Notes: generated from the sequence alone by a model not told the origin. DNA of 63,030 nt from Chiloscyllium plagiosum (GCF_004010195.1 NW_025215096.1:1-63030), one strand, 5' to 3'; counted from the stretch's first letter, positions 1 to 13,243 are shown. Program-made: numbers and translations.

Positions 1-19
1 CATTGCCTACGATTCCATG

Positions 20-600
20 TCTCCCTACCCCTTTCCCATTCTCTCGCCCACTCTCTCTAGATATCTCCCTCTATCGCTCAGTCCCCGCTCTCTGACCCCG
101 CTCTCTCTGTTCCCCCATTCTTGCCATCTGACTGAATGCTCACCCTCCTTCCATCACTTTCCATCTCACCCACTCTCCCGCCGCTTTTCCTGACGCAAAG
201 ACGGCAGGTCACTGGAGAGGCTGGGGGTGGAAGTTGGGGAGAGTTGAGAGTTTTGTGGCGGGCTGTTTTGCGAAAGTGAGTAAATGGGAGATATATGTAA
301 AAACTGGAGAAAGATAGAGTGAACAGAAGAGTGAGAGAGAAATGTCGGAGAAGAAATAAGAGTGGACGCAGGTGGAATGACACGGGGTTAGAGAAAGACA
401 GCTGGAGGGAAGACAGAGATTGAAAGCGAAACGGAGAGAGAAAGAGACTATGTGGAGAGAGGGAGAGAAATGAGGGGAAACAGAGGACGACATGAAATCT
501 GGAGAGAGTACAATGGAAGTGGTTCTGGGGAGGGGGAGAGCGAGGAACGGAGAGAGAGATAGAAGAGAAAGAGAGATGGATGCCTTTGAGTGTAGATGGG
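20..600. repeat. Low-complexity CT-rich then GA-rich tract
   Basis: Pyrimidine-rich at about 20-180 and purine-rich (GAGA/AGAG) at about 290-600; this explains the Ser/Leu/Pro-rich ORFs in the track. Confidence 0.8.
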
Positions 601-1095
601 GGGAACGGGGTAGATTGATAACTCTGTCAAATGCGAGGTTGGAGTCGGGGAACCAGAAGTGAAAACAAGGACAGAGTGACTCAAACCCAACTACTGAGCT
701 GAGGGCCCGTACCCTGCCCCTTCCCCGAGGACCTGGGCTTGGGGCTGAATCTGTCTCTCTTCTTCTCAGCATTTTCAAAATAAAAACAATCAACAATCTC
801 GTTCACTTCGCTACTTAGCACCTTTTACTGAAAATATTTAGTGTTTACAAATTGAAGAATTCGTTACAGTTAGTGGGGAGGTACTTTTTCTCACGCCCAT
901 AAACTGAGAGAAACATTGGATGTGATCCTGTCACCTGCGCCCCCCTCCCCCACCCCGCGGGATAAGGTTGGAAAAACTGACACGACCTTCAGTCTGTTAA
1001 GATAGTGACAGGCGGCTTCATTGCTGGAACACTGAATTCAAATGACAAAATCCCGGACGGACTGTTTAATGAGTGGATTTTTTTGATAGAGGAAT

Positions 1096-1973
1096 TTATT
1101 TAAAGGGTGATCTCAGAACATTCTTCAGCTGCTGTCTGAACTTAGTCTGGGTTACAGCATAAATCGCGGTGTTTGTGCAGCAACTGAGGAGCTGCAGCAT
1201 GAAGCCGAATTCCCGCACGAATCGGTATGGACACACAGACGCAAACCCAGTTAGCCACATCCGGTACCATATAGCATACACCATTAACATTGACCATAGA
1301 AGCATGAAATTGGCCGAGATCACAAACAGTAAAATGATGGATTTTTTTCGGTTTCTCATTTCTGTGTCAGACTGAACGTCCCTATTAGTGTGAGCCCGGA
1401 GTCTGCTGCGGGCTCTGCTGGTCACTAAAATATATCTGACGGTCAAAACATTGAGCAGCAGAATCAAGAAAAATGGCACAGCCGGAGTGAGAATGTGGTG
1501 GAGAAACTCGATTGTGCCCCAGACACGGGAGGTTTGAACAGCAGATTTTACCCAACAAAACCATGGGCCGTTCCACAGCCAATACCATGGTGTGTGCATA
1601 AAATACCAGAAAATGTTCTTTAAACAGCTCAGCACAGTCACTGTTCCCAGAACCATAGCTGCCGTTTTCTCACTGCAATATTTACTTTTCAGCTTCTGAC
1701 AACAAATGGCGACAAATCGATCGAAGGTTAATGTGACAGTGAACCAGACCGAACAATCAGCAGCTGTATAAACCAGGACGGCGTGGATGTTACACACGGG
1801 GATTGAGAAAAGGAAATAAAACTGTTCCCGGAAAACAATGGGGAGGTGTCTCAGTATCAGGTCGAGGATAATGACCAGTAGATCCGCCACTGCCATGGCT
1901 CCCAGGTAACGTCTGACACATGGAGACAATCCACAATCTTGACAAAGCAGGACGTATATCGTCACTACGTTAA
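1096..1973 (-). CDS. Exon 2 of a class A (rhodopsin-like) orphan GPCR, GPR139/GPR142-like (end of TM1 to C-terminus)
   Basis: Open frame with TM2 AMAVADLL, TM3 PVC...TFDRFVAICC, ECL2 PWFC and TM7 SCCTNTAIY...FR. Acceptor TCCTTCTTCACAG|TT at 1974/1973, phase 1. Stop TAA at 1098-1096. Confidence 0.93.
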
Positions 1974-2504
1974 CTGTGAAGAAGGACGACACATTATAGA
2001 TCAACCTAGACGTAATGTGACCAGTTTAATTGAGAATCTAGTGAGATTTTCAAATATATCAAGTTATTCAGAAATTTGTTAAAATAATTGTCATCAAAAT
2101 AACAAATAGGAAGATCTGAATTTCTGACAAAAATGTGTCATAAAACACAATGAACTCTCCCTCCTCAAACACATCCATTAAATACAGATGATTTATGGAA
2201 CATTAGTATATACGTGAACACGCGAGAGCAGACGCAGGTCACTTCTTTCCAGATCCTAATATGGAGTATGAAAATGTTGCTGTCCTGAGGGGACTCTCCC
2301 AGTTTTTTGACGATAAATGGAATTTCGAAACTTCTGTCTTAATGTCTAAATTGTGGTAGATCCTGGGAGTTGAAGAAACATAAATGCAGGTAAAACATAT
2401 TCATACCATTAACTGAAGTGACTTCGGCTCGGTATCTCCTTCTCCCATATGGATCTTATCGTTTGTTTAATTCACTTTAACAGACTTTAACAAATAAGGT
2501 CAAT

Positions 2505-2725
2505 GATAAAATGTTCTAGGTAATCTCGGTTATAGAATGCTTTGTACAGTATGATCTAGGAAATGTCAGTTGTAGAAAGTTCCGGTGAATATCAGGTACA
2601 GAAGGTAGGATGTAAAATGTTCCGGGAAATGGCGGCTATAGAATGTTACAGCGAATTTTGCATATAGCATGTTCCAGGAAATATAGGGTACAGAATTTGC
2701 TGGAGAATGTCCGATACGGAATGCG
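2505..2725 (+). repeat. Degenerate minisatellite, unit about 26 bp (TATAGAATGTTCCAGGAAAT-like core)
   Basis: Recurrent variants: gataaaatgttctaggtaat, tgtagaaagttccggtgaat, tgtaaaatgttccgggaaat, tatagaatgttacagcgaat, tatagcatgttccaggaaat. Confidence 0.6.
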
Positions 2726-3059
2726 ATTGGTTCATAAAGACCGACATCACACGCCCTTCTGCCCATTGAGTTTGTTGAGACTCACTCAGCCCCACAGTAG
2801 GAAACTCCCCCCAAAGTAAACTCAATTGGCACTTCGCAACACAAACAATGCAGTTAAGACAATGCCTCAATCATCTGATCTATGGCCCTGTTTTACAATC
2901 ATACAGACGCCATCCTTTATTCCCAGATCTCCCCAATTTACTTTTCATTTCTGTCTAGCACTCCCAAAAATAAAATGTTCTGAATAATTAGTTCACAATA
3001 TCGGTCACCATGTCGCTTTGTCTATCTAATGCCAATGTATGCATTGATTTCTTCACTCT

Positions 3060-3750
3060 GTTTCGTGAATGCAAGACCCATTCAAATATCATATAGCTTT
3101 TAAACCCATTATTTCCTGTTCCATTTTCACGTTTATTCCACATATGGACGGGGTCAGGAAATAATCTGGCATCGTTATACTCACAGAATCAGGCCTGATG
3201 GGTAATGTTATATGAAGCACCATCACCATCCCTGGATATATCCTTTCACACCAGCAGGACAGTCCCATCAGTGGTGGGGGCACCGTGCGATACACTTAGT
3301 AAAGGAGTTACCCTGGAATTCCCCAAAACTGATCTCCAAAACTAGGAAACCTCATGGTAGCAAGTCAAAAAAAGGTCAAGAACATTTCTCGATTCTGGAC
3401 ATCTACTGCCCTCCACATTGCCCCTGGGTGAAAATAAATCAGAGGAACCATTGTGTGTGACAAAGACTCAGAAAGTACTCTGGGAGTTGGACTTCAATGC
3501 CCATCACCAAGAGGTTCTCCACAGGCTCACCACTGACTGAGCAGTACAAGGCCTCAAAAACACAAGACAGACAGTGGGAGGTAGTTGGGGATCAAACCAC
3601 GCTCATCAAACTACTCATCACAAATGTATCTGTCCCTAACAGTATCTGTAGGAACAGCCAGCATACAGCCCTGGCGGAGGGAAAGTCTCAGCCTCAGATC
3701 GAATACACTGCCTATTGTGTTATGTGGCACTAACGTCTGTGAAGTAGGCC
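3060..3750 (+). mobile_element. Decayed non-LTR retrotransposon APE-endonuclease fragment (CR1/L2-group)
   Basis: Broken frames read IVILTES, TITIPGYILSHQQDSPISGGGTV, YCPP and LDFNAHH, typical APE endonuclease motifs. Confidence 0.6.
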
Positions 3751-4243
3751 ATACTTCTAAAAGACAGAGCAATTGGAAACTGGGCATTCATGAGGCATTG
3801 TAGCTATCAGCATCTGCATAAAAGCTATCCCTTTATTATAAAGTCAGAAGTGGGTTGTTCACTGATGAGACCAAAATGTTTAGTATCATTCACAATTCCA
3901 TCTACATTGAAGCAGGCTACTCTTCCCATCAAGATATTTAAACAGGAAGAGAATGAAACCATTCAACCACGTGAGTCATTTAATCTCTCATGCCTGTTGG
4001 ACAGGAAATGGAATGGAATATTCCACCTTTCAAAGGTACTGAACAAAAACTACAGGGAGGGCTCGTTACCAAACGGCGAGCAGGTATAAATTAGCGATAA
4101 TTCAGTCTTCATCAGTTTAACACAAAGTAATGACTGCAATGACACCGTGATCAATGCTGGTGACTCAAGTATTTGCAACCTGCATCACCGTTTTAAATAA
4201 ATGGAACAGTGTTTTCTAACTAAGTTAGGCAGGAACTCTGGAG

Positions 4244-4506
4244 GTAGTGTACAAAATACCAAGCAAGGACTGCACTAAACACTATATAGGATAAACAGGA
4301 AGACAGCTAACAATCCACATACATGAACATCAACTAGCCACGAAACGACACGACCAGCTATCCTTAGTAGCCACACACGCAGACAACAAGCAACATGAAT
4401 TCGACTGGGACAACACTACTAACATAGCGCAAGCCAGACAGAGAACAGCGGCGAACAGAACCACAACAACGAGCACCCGAGCTACAAATCTTCGCACAAA
4501 CTTTGA
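4244..4506 (+). mobile_element. Penelope-like element 3' fragment (GIY-YIG region), internally deleted
   Basis: Reads VVYKIPSKDCTKHYIG*TGRQLTIHIHEHQLATKRHDQLS; the 3' end matches the element at 47120-47784. Confidence 0.8.
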
Positions 4507-5214
4507 ATGGTTAGTTATATCAAATTCTCAATGCACCACAGAAAACCATTTTCCCAGAGGAGATATCTGTTAAGCACACAGTATTTTGTGGTTAAGGCTC
4601 CCTTTGGCCCAACTCGGCAATCTGACGAATGTGGTAAAGTGTGTAGGCCGAGCCAATGCATTCATCTACAAACTCATGGTCGATGCCAGTCTTGCACCGG
4701 GAGCTATGCAGACCACAGCATTATAATTGGAACCAGGCTTCTATGTGTGAAGCACTTTGCAAAAGGCGAAGGTGTTCTGGCAATTTGTCTAACTTGCAAT
4801 AATTTTTGTTTTATGCAGTCTTCCAAATTACAGTGAGAATGGCTTGGAATGTTCGGAACCAAACCCAATGGCAGCATACGGGCCATCACAGGTATGTTCA
4901 TTGCCTTCTGTTAATTTCTTAGGTACACTATTACACAGAATCGGACAAAACTGCTCTGACTTTATAAAGTCATTCCTTGAGGAAGGAAACAAATATGAAA
5001 TATCCCAAAGATGGGAGAAGGGTCGGAATGTTCCAGGTGGAGTTCATCTGCACCATTCATTCTTTGTGTCTTTCCTTTTTATTCTGGTTTCTGGAGGCAT
5101 TTTTCTTTCCAAACTTTTAACGATTTCAAGTAACACCGACGGGAATGGAAGAGGGGAATGGCAGATAGAAGGTAGGTGTGGGCTCGCGATGACTCGAGAT
5201 TTAAAGCACAGTGC

Positions 5215-5640
5215 ACTGTGGAGAATGGGTCCGGTGTAGTCTGGGGTCTGGGCCTATACTCTGAAGACTGCACCTGCTGCTGTCTGTAGACTGGGCCTGA
5301 TACAGCCTGGAGACTGAGCCCGATGTGGATTGTAGACTGGGCCCGGTGCGGCCTGGAGACTGGGCCTGGCGCAGTGTGGCGACTGGGTCCAGCGAGGTCT
5401 GGAGACTGGGCCCTGTGCGATCGGAAGACTGAGCCCGTTGCGGCCGCGGGACTAGACCCTGTGTAGCCTGGAGACTGAGGTTGGTACTTTGTGGAGATTG
5501 GGGTCAGTGCTGTCTGGAATCTGGGACTGCTGCGGTCTGGTGACAAGTCAGTGCAGTCTGGAGACTCGGCCCAGAACGATCTGAACTGCAGACTGATCCC
5601 AGCACGGACTGGAGGCGTGGTTCTTGCACAGACTGGCGTG
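5215..5640 (+). repeat. GC-rich minisatellite, unit about 23 bp (CTGGAGACTGGGCCCGGTGCGG-like), more than 15 degenerate copies
   Basis: GACTG recurs at about 23-bp spacing, e.g. ctggagactgagcccgatgtgg, ctggagactgggcctggcgcag, ctggagactgggccctgtgcga. Confidence 0.85.
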
Positions 5641-6199
5641 AAGGGACTGCATTTCGAGTCCGTTCTTTTTCCGTTTTATTCTTCTGGTGGACATTCATTT
5701 AGCATCCTAAGATGGTGGCATAAGCAAAGACATTGTAATCTTTGCGCAGCTTTCATTAGCGTTCACGTGACAATGAAGCCAATTCAATTCAAACGTGAGA
5801 GAATCAATGTCTTTGATTACTTTTTTTCAAACAAAGCTGTTCCCTCTGGTGTTGCATGGGGCTGCCAACAGATTAGATCCCTTTAAAAACAAGAGGCACA
5901 GACAAACGGAGAGAGAGTGAGAGACTGAGGAGGGACACTTCTTTTTCTCAATTTCAATGGATTCACTCCCAAAACTAAAGAAGCCTGCGCACACAGACAG
6001 ACTCAGGCAAACATAGATACACACACACACAAGTGCACAACCATAAACACACAGAATCATAAAGACATTCGTCCCTCATCCCTGTCTTGCCATTAATTAA
6101 GTCCACGAGTGATCTGATTTGGGCCTCTAATTTATTTCCTCTTGGGAAATAAAGCAGGGCATGTGGCTGAACTGTTATAGTGAATGCACTTTTGGCAAG

Positions 6200-8990
6200 T
6201 GACCGTAATTCTATTAATTTCAATATCGTTAAGGACACACATAGATCTGGTCAACAAGTTAGTGTTCCAAATTGGGGCAAGGTCATTTGTGATGGTGTTA
6301 GACAGAAAGTTTCAAAAGATGATTGGGGGAAGCTTTTCCAGGTAAAGCGACATCTGGCAAGTTTGGATCTTCCAAAAGCGAAACAATACGATTTCAGGGA
6401 CAAGATGTTTGAGTGAAGGGCAGTGATATTTGCAGTAGGGAGCAGGATATGAGAGGGGATATTAAGGCGCTGGACAAGTAAAAAGAAGGAGGAATTTGTC
6501 AGGTATAAACAGCTGAGATTCCTTGAATCCCTTGACACGATATGGTGTCGGAATCCACTTCTGTGAGGAATGAGGAGGGAAATACATGGGCATGAGATAG
6601 CTTTGGTTGATAAGGTTAAGTAGAATTGCAAGACATCCTACAAGTATGTTAAGCACGAACGAGTTACAAAGGAGAAAAAAGGGCCCTTTACTATCGAAGA
6701 GCCAACTATATGTGGTTCCACAACAGATTAATTATGATTTTTGGTTGTATTGACAAATGTCCTCACATGATGACAGTGAATATTTTACATGTCATCACGT
6801 GTTATGAAAGGTTAGGTACATAGACAACACGCACCCCCCTCCCACCCACCACCCAACCCCGCCAAGGTACAGTATTTGGTACAAAACAGATAAGTATTGA
6901 ATTCAGAATTAAAATATATGCCATTATAGCCCTTCGTATAAAAGTGGGAAAACACATGAACAGAGTTAACAGCTCAACAACACAACCCATAAGTGTCTGG
7001 TCAAACTGGGTATGCATTCCTTATAAAGACTTGACCTTCTATACATCGCTGTCTTACAGCCTGTTCTTTCTCGATGGGTAAAGTTCGACAGAAATATACG
7101 ACGTAATTATTTACTGTGGAGAAGGACATGGTGCGAGAGAACTCGGGAAAATATGTCCTCGCTTTGAAACATGACAGAAGAGGATTCTATAACCGTATAT
7201 CTATAACCGTAAATAAAAACACAGGACCTATTCAGGTGTATCCCAGATCATTACTGAACCTCGAGTAGAAATTGCGTGGCCCTTGCTGAGTTATTTGTAT
7301 TTCTCCACAGATTTCTGAGGAAGGCTCACTGGATCCGACGTTAACTCTAAATTTTTGGCACAATTGCTGCCAAACCTGCTGAGCTTTTCCAGTGTGTTCT
7401 GTTTTTCGTTACTAATTTATATCACTCACATTTCTTTCAGAATTTATCTGTATCATTGACAGCCACGGGTGAGGTTCTGGAGGACAGGAACACACTTAAT
7501 GTTGTGGCACCATATTGTAAAAAGGCTCCAAAGAAAAGACAGGGAACTACAGATTGGTGAGTCTGATGTTAAGCGTAGTTCAGTATTTGGAGGAGATTCT
7601 GAAATACAGGATCTGCATGCTATTAGAAACCAAGGACTGACTTTGGAAAATCAGTATGGCGTTTTGAACGAGAAATTGTGTCCCACAAACTTGAGTGTTA
7701 ATATTCTAGAGATGATCAGGAAAATAGATTAAGGTGAAGCTACATACGCTGTCTATGGGGACCATAGTGAGAACAAACAAGGTTTGTTTCGCAGTTTAAT
7801 AAGGAAAAATCATAGCGGATCATGGAGAGCTAACCTATTACATACAGAATTGGATTGATAGTAGGGGATCGAGGGTGGTTGCAGAGATGTGTTGTGACAA
7901 GCAATGTGCCAAAATGACCAATGTTGTGTCCACTGTTGTTTGTTATTTTTATAAATGATTTCGATGAGAATCTCCGCATCATGGAAAGTAAGTTTGCAGA
8001 GTATGCCAAAATTGCTGTTGTAATGGACAGTGATGAAGGCCATTTAAAAGGAAAACGAGAACTTGATCAACTGGGGCAGTGTGCCAAGGATTGGCAGGTG
8101 GTGCTTCATACAGGTAGCTGTGAGGTCTTACATTTTGTTCGACAAATCAGGGTATGATTGACATAGTTAACGGCATGGTTTTGGGCAGTGGTGTCATGCA
8201 CACAGACCCGGGGTTGCAGGTATATATTTCCTCGAAAGTGGAGTCACAGGTATACTAGGCAGTGAAGACAGTGTTAGGCACGCTTATCTTCATCAGTCAG
8301 AGCTTTAAGTGTAGAAATTCGGACATCATGCTGCAGTTTGTAACAGATAGATAAGGGAGTGAAGACAGCATTAGGCACGCTTATTTTCATCGGTTAGAAT
8401 ATTAAGTTTAGGAATTGGGATTTCATTTTTTAGTTTTGTAAGAGAATGGTAAGAAAGCATTTGAAGTACTGAGTACAATTCTTGTCACCCTGCTATAGGA
8501 AGGATGTTATAAACTGGAAAGGGTGCATATTTAACAAGACATGACAGAGACTAGGGGCTTTGAGATATAAGGATAGCTAGCCTGTATGGGATGGGAATCT
8601 ATCCTTTTTGCGTTAGAGGCTGAGAATGACTGAAAAAGGGATATAAAATAACGAGGGACATGAATTAAGTGAACAGCCAAGGCCGTTTCCCTCGAGAAGA
8701 CGTTTCCAAAAACAAAGGGTACCGATTTAATGTGAGCACAAGAGATTTGAAAGACACCTAAGAGTTAAATGTTTGCACAGACTTGGCTCTGAATATGTAA
8801 TGAACTGTCCTAGAATGCAGTACAGCGGAATACAACAACAACATTGAAGAGACAGCTGGATACGTATATGAAAAGGAAAGGTTTAGAGGGATATGAGCCA
8901 AATCCCGAAAAATAGAATGAGCTCAGTTTCGCAAACCTGGTGATCATGGACAAGTTGGGCCGACATCTCTGCTTGCATATTGTATAATTC
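6200..8990 (+). mobile_element. Heavily decayed CR1 LINE ORF2 and 3' fragments (interrupted)
   Basis: Remnants PLLFVIFINDFDE..SKFAEYAKI (7921-8157) and LKY*VQF; CR1-like 3' end near 8940-8990; internal duplication of about 98 bp at 8261-8445. Confidence 0.8.
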
Positions 8991-9559
8991 GAAGAGCCGA
9001 AAACTCTATAACATCTCTTTCATCACCAGTTTTCTGTTGCCTTCATTTCATTTCTACGTCAAAAATACACTTCACACATCAAGAATCTGATACTTTGGAA
9101 GTAGAATTCCTAACATTGATGTTGTGCTGTAGACTACAGTAGCAGTCAAAGCCGAATTGTACTTAAACACCGTCTGTAAATTGTTTTGCACGGGATAATA
9201 CCTCAGTTTACCATTACCATCAAGCTGACCTATGGTTCAGTGACGAGTGTATGTAAACATGCCAGGGTGAACCGAAGCATGATGACAACCTGTTGATGCT
9301 AACAGACTTGGCCGCTTACGTTCTGGACAGCAGACCCAACATCTGATGGAGAGGGTGAAATGATTTCAAAGTTAACAGTTAAGATCGAATATCTGCAGTC
9401 CTACCACATCCAGTCATAAATTCGCCCATTATTGATTTTGCATGATTTTGAATAACACAGTGTTCCACATGATTATAGTTACCACATTATTGGGGATTGA
9501 ATTTTCGTGATGGCGGTTCCCCTATCCCCACAGCATTCTCTTCCTCTCTCTCGCTTAAC

Positions 9560-10760
9560 TTACTGTCTATTTATATTGAGTGCCTTGACTTCCATAGCCT
9601 TCAGTGGGAGAGAACTCCCCATGTTCACCAGTCCCTGAGTGCAGACTATTTTCTCATCTGAATGCAGAATGTTTTGCCTGCACATAATAATATGGCCATT
9701 GTTTTAGGCACCCCAATCAATAGAGTGGTCACCCCTGTCTCACCCGGTCATAGCTTGAAATATTTCAATGATGTCTCCACTCATTTTCATAAACTCCACA
9801 AAATAAAGCGCAGTCGACCCAAATTCTGCTCCCACAACTGTTATCCCTGATATCAGTGTGGTCATCTTTCGCTGCACTCCCTCAATGTCAGATTTGTCCT
9901 TTATTAGGTAAGCAGATCTAAACTGCACACAATATGGCACAATGTTCGAAATTGGATTTCTCCAAGACCTTGTATAGCTGCAGTAAGACACCTTTACCCA
10001 TGCACTCTACTCTCTATGAAATGGTGATCAAGACAACATTTATATTCCTAACTGCTTTCTGCTCCTGCAAAATTGCTTTCAGTGACTATCATAAAAGCCA
10101 ATCCAGATTCTTTTCAGTCTTACAGCTGTCCACTTGCTGAGTCTATGTACACTGGTCAGTGTGCCGATGCCATTCTCAGTATTGACTTTTGGGTTCAGAA
10201 ATAACTGCCCTTTATAGATCAAGATTTCTCAACCAATCCCTTTTCAAATGGCAGGATATTGTTCTTCTGTTCCCCACAAAATACACAATGTCACATCTAT
10301 CCACATTAATCTTCATCTGCCACGTATTTGCCCATTCACTTCACTTGCCTCAGTCACTTTGAGCGTCTTCTCAGGCTCCTTACCCACTAACAATCCGACA
10401 TTGGTTATTACCATCAACATCTTTCGAAATATTGCATTTGATTTTCTCAACCAAATGGCTGATACGTATTGGGAATATGTGGGGCTCAAGCACTGAGCAT
10501 TGCCATGTCACCACCAGCCTTTCACTCCAAACAAGCATCCACTTTTTTCCAACTTAGTGTTTCCGATCAGCTCTCCAATTTTAACACCATGTCCACGTAT
10601 CAATCGCTAAACGACATAATTTTACTTTACACACTAGATTTAGAAGTCAGCCAAAAATATTTTCGAAAATCAAACTCATTACCTCAATTGCTTCTCCCTA
10701 ATAGGGAGTTGGTTTCTCAAACATGTTTCCCATTTCATAAATGTATTTTCACGTTTTCTT
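9560..10760 (-). mobile_element. Decayed CR1 LINE RT/3' fragment
   Basis: Minus-strand PYCVQFRSAYLIKDKSDIEGVQRKMTTLISG...MSGDIIEIF, the CR1 RT C-terminal block. Confidence 0.75.
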
Positions 10761-13089
10761 TGTTCATTCATTTCTTTTCCAAAATGTTTTCCAAATCGGC
10801 TTATTTAATAATTTCATTCTATTTCCTTTTCTCATCTGATTTAGGTTTTCTCCTATTGCTGGGAAAGCTTTATTTATGTGTTTTATTTTCTGTGAAGGAA
10901 GAACTCAAGTTGCCGTGTCATAGTTCTGTTATTTCCCTGCTCTCCATTATACATTCCCTCATTTTAGACCATAAGGAAGCTGACACATTGACTAAAAGGA
11001 ACAGCTGCTCTCTATTCACCCAATATCTTCCAACCGAGTTACGTATTCACTCTTCCTTCCCCGTAAGCAGTGTAAACGCGTCAAATGAGCTACGCCTGCC
11101 CCTCAGTCCTATGTTCCTACATTCCATTCAGTCCATAGAACCGCCTGCACAGAATCAGATGGAGACCATTTCCTCCAAATACCTGGTCCACAGTAACACA
11201 GGATATTATTCAGTTCCTCGAGAGTCTTACACATGGTTTGGTATGCGTCGGAAAATGTGATTGGCAAATCACGGCTGAGTACGAAAGAGGCCTCCCAACT
11301 CGACAGAGTTTCTCCTCTCTGCAACTGGTGTTTCATTGGTGAGTCATGCTGTAGATCCAGATTCACTGTCAACATCGCCACCATTTCACGCCGAGAGGCG
11401 GCTCACCAAATACTTTTCTCTCGCTGAACTCAATATTCAATAACGGCACTTTCAGGAAAATCACAACCATTAACTTTCCAATTACAGAATATGAAGACAG
11501 AAGAAACAGCAGTGGGTAATTCGGACGCTCACACCATTGTATAATATCAAAGGTGACATACTGTTGGCAGCAACCTCTCTTTTGTGCCTAATTCTTTACA
11601 CCCGCACAGGTCAAACATCCGTCGACCTCCTATTTAAATACTTCCAGTGCTATACTCCCCTGAACTCGCTAGATCAGAGAATTGCTGACATTCGCTACCC
11701 TCTATGAGAAGACAACTTTCCTCGACAGACACCATAACGTATTAATATGAGCAAAGAAGGTGAACCCAACTGAATTGACAAGAGTGAATGAGCCTAATAT
11801 CAAGACAGCACTTAAATGACGGTGGTACCCTCAACGGCACTGAAAGTCCAGAATCAAGTATCCCAAACTTTTAAAAAGTGCAATCGAGAGAAGTTATCAC
11901 ATAACGAGTGATTGTCCATCACCGTCAAGTTTCAATTCAATTGCCTTTTGTTTTTTTATCAAAACGTTTCAGATTAGTCTTCACTCCCTCTGCTTCAATA
12001 ATCGCAGGGCTTAGTCTAGTGCAATTCCTTTACACTGTCTATGTTGCAATGAGATCATTCTTTTTAACGGAGGGAAAATTCGTCCACGATACCCCAAATG
12101 CTGTCTCAACAACACTCTCAAGGATGGTCACAATAATTCCAAGCCCTCACTTGCCCATATCTTTGTCTTTCTTGAGACATAAAACAGCCATTGCTTCTCT
12201 ATGCATTGCCACTGATATGGATTTGAAAGTTCCTGACATCTGTATTTCAACATCAGTCAGACCAGCACCAGCGGTACCATGGCGATGAACATCACTCTTG
12301 GGGACAGACTCAATCAGAAAGAGTGCGCTTGAAATAGGGAATGGTTACCAATCTGAATGGAAATTAGCTTTAGGAATATCGGAAACAGGCAAAGGAACGG
12401 AGCCATCTTTACTTTTGTTCTTCCCTCACTTGATATGTGCAGCCCTAATCAGGCCTGCATGTTGTGCCCATATTGAACTGAGTCACTGGTTCAGTTGTTC
12501 CACATGACAGTGAAGAATAAAGCACATTGCCGTCGTTTGCAGTTACTCAGAGACCTGACCAGGGAAGGATGAATGATTGACTTCTCCAAAGGACATGGGG
12601 CAAGCAGGTATCAACAGACTATTATTCTCTAGCTCGAGATCATGAGTCAATAACTTAAGCACCGTGTACTGTCTGCCCGTAGGAAATATTCAGTGGAGTG
12701 AACAAGTTTGAAATCCTCCAATGCAATTCTTCTATCATGGACATTTGGTTAGAATGAACTTGGAATAGTTGTATGCGGATTTAACAAAGGCAGAAACGAC
12801 AATTATTTAGAAGTTGCACTGATGGTGGTACCTGTCATGACTAGTGAGAGGGGATGATATGGAAATGCACCCCTATTCAGGACAAAAAAGATTATGAAGT
12901 CTGATAACATTTTAGTTCCTTTTCCCATGTTGGTGAGTAATTAGCCATGAATACTTTGCTCCGCATAATTCGCAAGGAGTGAAATCTTACATTCAAATTG
13001 TAAACATTCACTTCCAATTTTGGAAATGCTAATTAATATGAACAACAATTCAGTTTCACTTGTTTTAGTCGACAGCTATAATTACTTAC

Positions 13090-13243
13090 CAGGAACACCA
13101 ATTATAGCGAGGATGGGAAAATAACCAGCTTGAATAACAATCAAAACATGATAGATCCGCGATGTTAATGATGTCCAAGGTTGAGAAAGCATGTAAAGAC
13201 CCTCGGATAAAATCCTGTCCATTGTTCTCAAGTTCTGATCCAT
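13090..13243 (-). CDS. Exon 1 of the GPR139/GPR142-like GPCR (N-terminus and start of TM1)
   Basis: ATG at 13243 gives MDQNLRTMDRILSEGLYMLSQPWTSLTSRIYHVLIVIQAGYFPILAIIGVP plus G, then donor GTAAGT at 13089. The 154 nt (phase 1) join exon 2 in frame as IGVP-V-NVVTI, giving 343 aa. Confidence 0.88.

Noticed and set aside
78..796. Three overlapping minus-strand ORFs (80-195 aa)
   Set aside because: Products of the GA/CT low-complexity tract; no domain.
1066..1098. Possible premature stop in the GPCR (frame continues IPLSKKSTH*)
   Set aside because: All seven TMs and helix 8 precede the stop; cannot be called a lesion without a paralogue alignment.
1974..2004. Track start of the 302-aa GPCR ORF as the true start
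   Set aside because: Non-ATG codon in the polypyrimidine tract of a splice acceptor; the real N-terminus is exon 1.
5215..5640. Regular repeats as a CRISPR-like array
   Set aside because: Contiguous degenerate units with no unique spacers, no cas genes, eukaryotic context.
10469..11260. 263-aa plus-strand ORF
   Set aside because: Partly antisense to decayed CR1, T-rich, no motif, lies within the GPCR intron.
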